DNA of 43,889 nucleotides from Chlamydiae bacterium SM23_39 (GTDB lineage Bacteria; Chlamydiota; Chlamydiia; Chlamydiales; SM23-39): NCBI GenBank assembly GCA_001303765.1, contig LJUH01000003.1, positions 1 to 43,889 of the forward strand, read 5' to 3'. Shown piece by piece: positions 37,568 to 43,889 of this stretch (position 1 is its first letter; each line of letters starts with the position of its first letter). The notes under the pieces were generated by a model. It saw only the letters and a program-made list of their open reading frames with translations, ran no database searches and was not told where the DNA came from. The position numbers and the translations under genes were made by a program.

Positions 37568-39239
37568 GGTTTTTAAAAAAAATTTAGATCTTTTTGTAAA
37601 AAGATATCCTTATTTTATTTTTTTTAAAGATTTTGTAACTTTACCAAAAAAAAATAAAAAGAAAAAAAATTTTTCCTTTTTGAATTTAAAAGATAAAGAG
37701 GTTGTTTATGTATATGGATTAGAGATAAATGATATGTATTTTTTTTTAAAAAGATGGATAGAAAAAAAAAATAGAGATCTTATTTTTATAGAAGAGGATA
37801 AAGATAATTTTTTTTTATTTTTGCAGGAAGAAGAAGCTTATGAGATTATAAAAAATCCTAATATACATATCTATTTCAAATATGAGGATGAAGATCTTTT
37901 TTTAGATAAAATAATTAGAAATTTCCCATTAAATAAAATAGAGATATTAAACAATTCTGAAGAGAAAAAATTTTTAAAAATAAAAGAAAAAATTCTTAGA
38001 AAGGTTGTATATCATTCAGCTTCTTTTGTTGATAGCCTTTATTCTTATATGAATTTTAAAAATTTTAAGGAAAATATAAAAAAATTAAATAAATCATTTT
38101 TTGTTAACTCTTTGAAAGATAAATTTAAAAATATTCCAATAATAATTTGTGGAGCAGGAACTTCTTTAGAAAAAAATATTGATCTTTTAAAAAAATTAGA
38201 TAATAAAGCATTAATAATAGCAGGAGGATCTGCCATAACAGCTTTATCTTACCATAATGTTTTTCCCCATTTTGGTGTTGTTATAGATCCTAATTTAGAA
38301 GAGTTTGAAAGGATGAAAAAATCAACTTTTTTTGAGATACCTATCCTTTATACTACAAGAGTACATAAAGATGTTTTAACAGCATTTAATGGAGCTTTGG
38401 GATATTTTAAATCTTCTGCAGGAGGCATAGAAGCTAAATGGATAGAAGATAGATTGAATATAAAAGGAGAGCTTATAGATAAAAAGTTGGATAGAGAAGC
38501 TTTTTCTGTTACAACTATGAACTTAGCTATAGCTAAGTTTTTAGGGGGTAATCCTATAATATTATGTGGGGTAGATCTGTCTTATAATGAAGGAAGGCGC
38601 TATTGTTCAGGAGTTGTTTCTAATAATTTTTTTTCAAAAAATAAGGATTTAAAGGATTGTGGAGATATTATTTTTGAAAAAAATAATGTTAAAGGAAAAA
38701 AGGTAAAAACTAATTTAAGATGGATAATGGAAGCTGATAGTATCTCTTCATATATAAAAAATTTTAAAAATTTAAACATTATAAATGTATCTGAAGGAAT
38801 AGAGTTGAGAGGTGCGGAGAATAGAAGTTTAAAAGATATTTTTAAAATTTTTAAAGAAGAGATAGATTTAAAAGGATATATCCATAACCTTATTAATGAT
38901 AGTTATTTAAATTTAGATGTTAAAAAGTTTTTTTTTGAAATAAAAAAAAGTTTTTTAAGATCAAAAAAAAATGTTTTCAATATCTTAAAAGAGATAAAAA
39001 AGATCATAGATAATAAAGAATTTGAGAGAGAAAATAGTTCTGGTATTATTTTAGAAGAGTTTGAGTTAGAGAGAGAGGTTGCATATAATTATTTTTTGAA
39101 AGAAGCTAAGGATGCTTTTATTAGATATTTACATAGATATTATAAACCATTTAATGAGGGATTTAAGAAAAAAGATCATTGGAATATGAGATATGATTAT
39201 TGGAAAGGTATTTATTCTATAATAAAAAAATATAATTAA
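37554..39239 (+). CDS. Maf-family (DUF115/MAF_flag10) glycosyltransferase, copy 2
   Basis: VVYVYGL, PIIICGAGTSLEKNI, PHFGVVIDP, FSVT, GGNPIILCGVDLSY, IINVSEG. Confidence 0.82.
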   Translation: MKKNKVFKKNLDLFVKRYPYFIFFKDFVTLPKKNKKKKNFSFLNLKDKEVVYVYGLEINDMYFFLKRWIEKKNRDLIFIEEDKDNFFLFLQEEEAYEIIKNPNIHIYFKYEDEDLFLDKIIRNFPLNKIEILNNSEEKKFLKIKEKILRKVVYHSASFVDSLYSYMNFKNFKENIKKLNKSFFVNSLKDKFKNIPIIICGAGTSLEKNIDLLKKLDNKALIIAGGSAITALSYHNVFPHFGVVIDPNLEEFERMKKSTFFEIPILYTTRVHKDVLTAFNGALGYFKSSAGGIEAKWIEDRLNIKGELIDKKLDREAFSVTTMNLAIAKFLGGNPIILCGVDLSYNEGRRYCSGVVSNNFFSKNKDLKDCGDIIFEKNNVKGKKVKTNLRWIMEADSISSYIKNFKNLNIINVSEGIELRGAENRSLKDIFKIFKEEIDLKGYIHNLINDSYLNLDVKKFFFEIKKSFLRSKKNVFNILKEIKKIIDNKEFERENSSGIILEEFELEREVAYNYFLKEAKDAFIRYLHRYYKPFNEGFKKKDHWNMRYDYWKGIYSIIKKYN

Positions 39240-39293
39240 TAAGATTTTTTTATAAACTTGATATGACTATTGTTTTTATAATAAAATAGTATT

Positions 39294-40565
39294 ATGAAAT
39301 TAGCAATAGTTGGAAGACCTAATGTAGGTAAATCATCTTTATTCAATAGAATCTGCAAAAAAAGAGTTTCTATTGTAACAGCCGATGAAGGAGTTACAAG
39401 AGATAGGATATATTTTGAAACAGATTTTTTTGGTAAAAAATTTGAAATTATAGATACAGGGGGAATAGTTATTAACTCTAAAGAAAATTTTTTAAAAGAG
39501 ATTCTTTTTCAAGCTAATGTTGCTATAGAAGAAGCTGATGTTATTATTATGGTGGTGGATGGTAAAGTAGGGCTTACTCTTTTAGATAAAGATATTTCTA
39601 AAATTTTGATTAAATCAAATAAAAAAATAGTTTTAGCTATCAATAAAATAGATGATTTAGAGAGAGAATATAAAGTAGAAGAGTTTTATAGTTTAGGAAT
39701 AAAGAGTATTATAAAAATATCTTCTCTTCATGGATATGGGATTGAAGATTTATTAGAAAAAGCATTTGAAGGGATAGATGAAAAAGATAATCAGATAGAT
39801 TGTTCTATAAAGATTGCTATTTTAGGAAAGCCTAATGTAGGAAAATCAACCTTTTTAAATTATTTGTTAAAGGAAAAGAGAGCTATTGTTAGCAAAACTC
39901 CTGGAACTACTAGAGATTGTGTGGATTCAAAGATAGAAATAAATGGAAATATATATAATTTTATTGATACAGCGGGGATAAAGAGAAAAAATAAGGAAAA
40001 GGATATTATAGGTAAATTTTCTTATATAAGAACGATGGAAGCTGTGAAAAGAGCAGATATTTGTATTTTGATGATAGATGCTATTGATGGTATTAGTAAT
40101 ATTGATAAAAAGATATTATCTTATATTAAAGAAAATGGTAGAGATATCATTTATTTAATAAATAAATGTGATCTTTTATCTGATAAGAAAAAAATTAATC
40201 AATGGATAGAGGATAATAAAGTACAGGGTTTTTTAGCTTCTGCTAAAACAGGAGAAAATATAGATAAAATTTTTTATTTTATAGAAAAAATAAGAAAAAT
40301 GCAAAATACTAAAATACCTACATCGGAATTAAATAGATTTATGGATCTTTGTATAAAGAGATGTCATCCTACTATGATTAAAGGAAAAAGACTTAAAATT
40401 TATTATTTAACTCAGATAGGAACAGCTCCTTTAAAATTTTTACTTTTTGTGAATAATCCTTTTCTTTTTGAAAATTCATATAAAAAATATCTTATTAATC
40501 AGTTTAAAAAAATGTTTTCTTTAGAAGGTGTTTCTCTTTTTTTTAATATAAAAAAAAGAATTTAA
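39294..40565 (+). CDS. der: Ribosome biogenesis GTPase Der
   Basis: Two G domains (GRPNVGKS/DTGG/NKID and GKPNVGKS/DTAG/NKCD) plus a KH-like C-terminus. Confidence 0.96.
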   Translation: MKLAIVGRPNVGKSSLFNRICKKRVSIVTADEGVTRDRIYFETDFFGKKFEIIDTGGIVINSKENFLKEILFQANVAIEEADVIIMVVDGKVGLTLLDKDISKILIKSNKKIVLAINKIDDLEREYKVEEFYSLGIKSIIKISSLHGYGIEDLLEKAFEGIDEKDNQIDCSIKIAILGKPNVGKSTFLNYLLKEKRAIVSKTPGTTRDCVDSKIEINGNIYNFIDTAGIKRKNKEKDIIGKFSYIRTMEAVKRADICILMIDAIDGISNIDKKILSYIKENGRDIIYLINKCDLLSDKKKINQWIEDNKVQGFLASAKTGENIDKIFYFIEKIRKMQNTKIPTSELNRFMDLCIKRCHPTMIKGKRLKIYYLTQIGTAPLKFLLFVNNPFLFENSYKKYLINQFKKMFSLEGVSLFFNIKKRI

Positions 40566-40614
40566 TATTTTTAAAATATTAAAAATAATTTTTTTTTTTG
40601 TTATTACTATAATT

Positions 40615-42375
40615 ATGAAAAGAAGAGTTTTTAAAACAGATGTATCTGCTTTACCATTTTTTAGAGATATAAAAAAATATAACCCAAATTTTATTAAATA
40701 TGATCTTTTATCTTCTTTTTCTGTTGCTCTTTTAACCATTCCTCAATCTATAGCGTATTCTATGTTAGCAGGATTGCCACCTATTGCAGGATTGTTTTCT
40801 GCTATTTTTGGATGTATTTTTGTAGGATTTTTTGGTTCTTCTAAATATTTGATACCTGGACCTACAACAGCTATGGCTATTCTTATACAGACTAGCATTT
40901 CTGATGTTATATATAATTACTTTCCCACTATTCAAGGAGCAGAGAGAGATGTTTTATATCTTAATATTTTATTACATATTGTGTTGATAATAGGGATTGT
41001 TCAAATAATCTTTGGATTTTTTAATATGGGGAAAGTATTACATTTTGTGAGCAGATCAGTAATTTTAGGGTATTTTGCGGGAGTTATTATTGCTATTTTT
41101 GTAAATCAGCTTTATCCTCTTTTTGGAATAAGCGATTCTCTTAATTCTAATCCTACTATTTTAAAATTTTTTGATGTTATCTTAAGGATAAAAGAGATAA
41201 ATATTTATAGTTTAATGTTAGGAGCGTTAGCAACGGGATTTTTAATTTTTTTTAATAGGAAATTTCCTAAAATTCCAAATTCTTTTTTAATGATAATTAT
41301 CATCTCTCTGATAGTCTATTTTTTTAATAGATATCTTTTAAAAGAAGATTTTCATATCTTTTCTATAAAAGATATAAAAATTTTTACTTTAGAAAAAATT
41401 AGATTTCATCTACCTTCTTTAAATTTTAAAATAGTAAAACTTATATTCCCTTCAGCTTTAGCTATCTCTTTATTAGGTATTTTAGAGATATTTTCTGCTT
41501 CTAAATCTATAGAAGAGGAGAGTAAAAATGATATAAATTATAATCAAGAGGTGTTTTCTTTTGGATTAAGTAACCTATTTTTATCTATGATATCATTTGC
41601 TATGCCTGCTTCTGGAAGTATTTCTAGAACTCTTTTTAATTATAGACTAGGAGCTAAAAGTAGGATCTCTGCTATTTTATCGGGTATATTTGTTGCTATT
41701 TGCATTTTTTTTGGATGGGTATTTATAAAACATATTCCATTAATTGCTTTATCGGCTATTTTGATAGCTTTATTACCAACTTTTTTAGATTATAGACAAA
41801 TTAAGTTTTGTTTTACTGTAACTAAAGGAGATGCTTTAGTATTTTTATTAACTTTGTTTTCTTGTCTTGTATTTAGCTTGAGTGTTGCTTTTTTTATAGG
41901 TATTACTTTATCGATTATCTTTTATTTAAGAAGAGCCGCAGTTCCTCATGTTGTTGAATATTTTTTTAATAAATCTGGAAGGTTGGTTTTATTATCAGAG
42001 AAAAAAAGAGTTTATAGTAAGATAAGAATTATTGGTATAGCTGGAGAACTTTTTTTTGCTAGTGTTGACCTTTTTCAAAAAGCTACTCAGAAAGTTTTAA
42101 AAGATTCATATGTTAAAGTGATAATTTTAAGACTTAACAATGTATATTATATGGATGCTTCAATGTGTTATGCTATTTTAAAATTGTATGAGCATTTGAA
42201 AAGTAGCAATCGATATTTTTTAATATCGGGGGTGACTCCAGAAATAGGAAAGATCTTTTTAAGATCAGGGTTTTTAAAAAAGATAGGAAAAGAAAATATT
42301 TTTTTTACTGATGAAACTCGCCCTCAACTTTCTACATGGAGAGCTTGTTTAAGGGCGGGAGAATTAACTGTTTAA
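40615..42375 (+). CDS. SulP/SLC26 anion permease with STAS domain
   Basis: IPQSIAYSMLAGLPP..GL, GP, NQE, SGSISRT, and STAS motifs GELFFAS and YMDAS. Confidence 0.93.
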   Translation: MKRRVFKTDVSALPFFRDIKKYNPNFIKYDLLSSFSVALLTIPQSIAYSMLAGLPPIAGLFSAIFGCIFVGFFGSSKYLIPGPTTAMAILIQTSISDVIYNYFPTIQGAERDVLYLNILLHIVLIIGIVQIIFGFFNMGKVLHFVSRSVILGYFAGVIIAIFVNQLYPLFGISDSLNSNPTILKFFDVILRIKEINIYSLMLGALATGFLIFFNRKFPKIPNSFLMIIIISLIVYFFNRYLLKEDFHIFSIKDIKIFTLEKIRFHLPSLNFKIVKLIFPSALAISLLGILEIFSASKSIEEESKNDINYNQEVFSFGLSNLFLSMISFAMPASGSISRTLFNYRLGAKSRISAILSGIFVAICIFFGWVFIKHIPLIALSAILIALLPTFLDYRQIKFCFTVTKGDALVFLLTLFSCLVFSLSVAFFIGITLSIIFYLRRAAVPHVVEYFFNKSGRLVLLSEKKRVYSKIRIIGIAGELFFASVDLFQKATQKVLKDSYVKVIILRLNNVYYMDASMCYAILKLYEHLKSSNRYFLISGVTPEIGKIFLRSGFLKKIGKENIFFTDETRPQLSTWRACLRAGELTV

Positions 42376-42963
42376 TTTTTTTGAATATCTTTTATTATAT
42401 GAAGAGCATGTTCCCCACATAAAACCTGTAAATGTAGAAAAAAAATGAATAGATAAAAAAGAGGATATTATAACAGGAAAAGTTGCAGAAGTGATTTTTT
42501 TTATTAAAGAAGAACTTTTTTTTAAGAAAAATATTCTTCCAACTATAGGACCTAAAGAAGATAAAACTCCAACTGATATAGAAAAAAGATATCCTATTAA
42601 TAAAAATTTTATAAATAAACAAATAGAAGGAATAATAGCATCTTTTTTTGAGATGCGACCTAACATAAAACCTCCTATTATATGTATTATTAAAGAAGAA
42701 CCTATTGTTGTTGATAAGATATTTGTAAAAAATAATATGGTTATTTTTGTAATTAAGTATATTTGATCGGATAAAATAAAAAAATTGGTTATTATGGAAG
42801 AGAAGGAAGCAGTTAAAGATACTATAGGAGTAAAAGAGATGATAGCTAATACATTTAATAACACTATTTTTGAGATGATGTTTGTACATAAGGTTAATTT
42901 TTTAGAATTAATTAAATGATTTATTTTATTAAAAATATTTTCTTGTGCTATTTCTTTGACCAT
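42364..42963 (-). CDS. Hypothetical membrane protein, about 4 TM (Inc-like)
   Basis: ATG start and two hydrophobic hairpins; KITSATFPVIISS resembles motifs in ORFs 23358 and 33280. Confidence 0.6.
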   Translation of the reverse strand: MVKEIAQENIFNKINHLINSKKLTLCTNIISKIVLLNVLAIISFTPIVSLTASFSSIITNFFILSDQIYLITKITILFFTNILSTTIGSSLIIHIIGGFMLGRISKKDAIIPSICLFIKFLLIGYLFSISVGVLSSLGPIVGRIFFLKKSSSLIKKITSATFPVIISSFLSIHFFSTFTGFMWGTCSSYNKRYSKKLNS

Positions 42964-43235
42964 ATAAATAAATTTTTTTAATTTTGAATTATTTATAATT
43001 TTATATCAAATGGTTTTTTATGGAAGCAAGGGAAGTTACAGGAAAAGTCTGATTCTCGGATGTAGTTTGATTTGTTATTTTTTCCAAATCTATCATATTT
43101 TTTAGTGCTTTAAACACTATTGATTTTCTAGTAGAAAAATATTTTTCTTTACCTGCAATTTTCATCAAATTCCTATATTTATTGAGTTGCATATTATTTT
43201 TTTGTTTTTTATTTATTTAAAACCTGAACTTTGGG

Positions 43236-43790
43236 GTGTGCCGTAGAAACATAAGATATGGGAGACAAAATATGAAAATATAAAGCTATAGAAGAAATGG
43301 TGGAAGGCCCACCGAAGACGATCACCAGAGATAGTTTTCAAACTACCTCAAGCTGCTATTGTAAAGAGCAATGGTAGTGAGCATTGAGGGAAAGTCAAAC
43401 AAGATTTGGCAAGTGGATGTCAGAAAGATGAATAAAACTGAATCATTGTTGAAGCATCGTAAGCGGGGAAAATTAGTATCAAAACTGGATGGTACCTGAG
43501 GATCCAGGATAAGTCTATAAGTAGATCTGGAAGCTGTGTAGACGGTACTCGGTGTGAAGATGACATGATTCTGACATAGGTTCTTCTATGGAACTACGGG
43601 AACCAGTCGCTTTGATGATAAAGGAGAAATCCAAGTAGCTAAAACTACAAGGATAAGAGTACTAAAGCAGAGAACTGGGGCGGATCAGTCTGTATGAGTT
43701 GAGAATTTGTTGTAATGACAAAGGAGCAAAGGGACTGAATTAAGCAGTCAAATTTAATAAACAACCGAAAGGGAGGAAATATTTGATGTC
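43236..43790 (+). mobile_element. Group II intron, class IIB (bacterial D/RmInt1-like), domains I-IVa; IEP ORF absent or interrupted
   Basis: Starts GTGTG with an abrupt GC rise. EBS1 stem CTGGAT/ATCCAG, GGAACTACGGGAACCAG...GAGTAC...CTGGGGCGGA, DIII TCAGTC...GTAATG...GGAGCAAAGGGACTGA, and CAACCGAAAGGGAGGA..ATG followed by TCC TAG. Confidence 0.85.
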
Positions 43791-43889
43791 CTAGATAGAA
43801 CCTGACCTTACATACAGGTTTTTTCATCACCTTTTTCTGTCAGGTGTTGTTTATCTAACATCTTTTCAAAAGCAAGATGTTTAGATTCT

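Noticed and set aside
42139-42150. dif-like core AATGTATATTAT (xerC is in the window)
   Set aside because: It lies inside the SulP coding region, and the flanking XerC and XerD arms (e.g. GTTAAAT) do not match.
43001-43192. 63-aa minus-strand ORF beside the intron
   Set aside because: It has no SD or recognisable motif; it may be a remnant but cannot be supported.
43221-43809. AACCTGA(A/C)CTT near-direct repeat flanking the intron fragment
   Set aside because: It is 11 bp with a mismatch and is offset from the element boundaries, and group II introns make no target duplication.
43645-43830. 61-aa minus-strand ORF
   Set aside because: It is antisense to conserved intron RNA domains II-IV.

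Overview
A very AT-rich chromosomal segment from a member of the phylum Chlamydiota, probably an environmental (non-Chlamydiaceae) lineage. The assignment rests on hctA (Hc1), a MOMP-like porin, a CT398/CdsZ-type gene beside rnpB, a chlamydial-type xerC, and the accD-ptsN-ptsN-clpC-lplA and mfd-alaS-tkt gene blocks. Housekeeping content includes xerC, rnpB, hctA, yajC, mfd, alaS, tkt, dapL, rnc, accD, clpC, proS, hpf, der and a SulP permease. Non-coding elements outside the ORF track are a TPP riboswitch with an RBS-sequestering hairpin, RNase P RNA, an IS5-family relic at the left edge, a probable IS3-type end, and the 5' part of a group IIB intron whose RT ORF stops after two codons. The most interesting accessory parts are: (i) a four-gene orphan cassette between alaS and tkt whose paralogs share a helical module but end in different eukaryote-like tails (U-box E3-like domain; CaaX prenylation box); (ii) a coupled hpf-hsdR_N-maf-MORN-maf operon suggesting protein glycosylation; (iii) a secreted Asp-box propeller with a conserved framework and hypervariable loops; (iv) a possible internal start in hctA giving a protamine-like peptide; (v) dispersed Inc-like membrane proteins. 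All calls were made by eye; no database searches were run.
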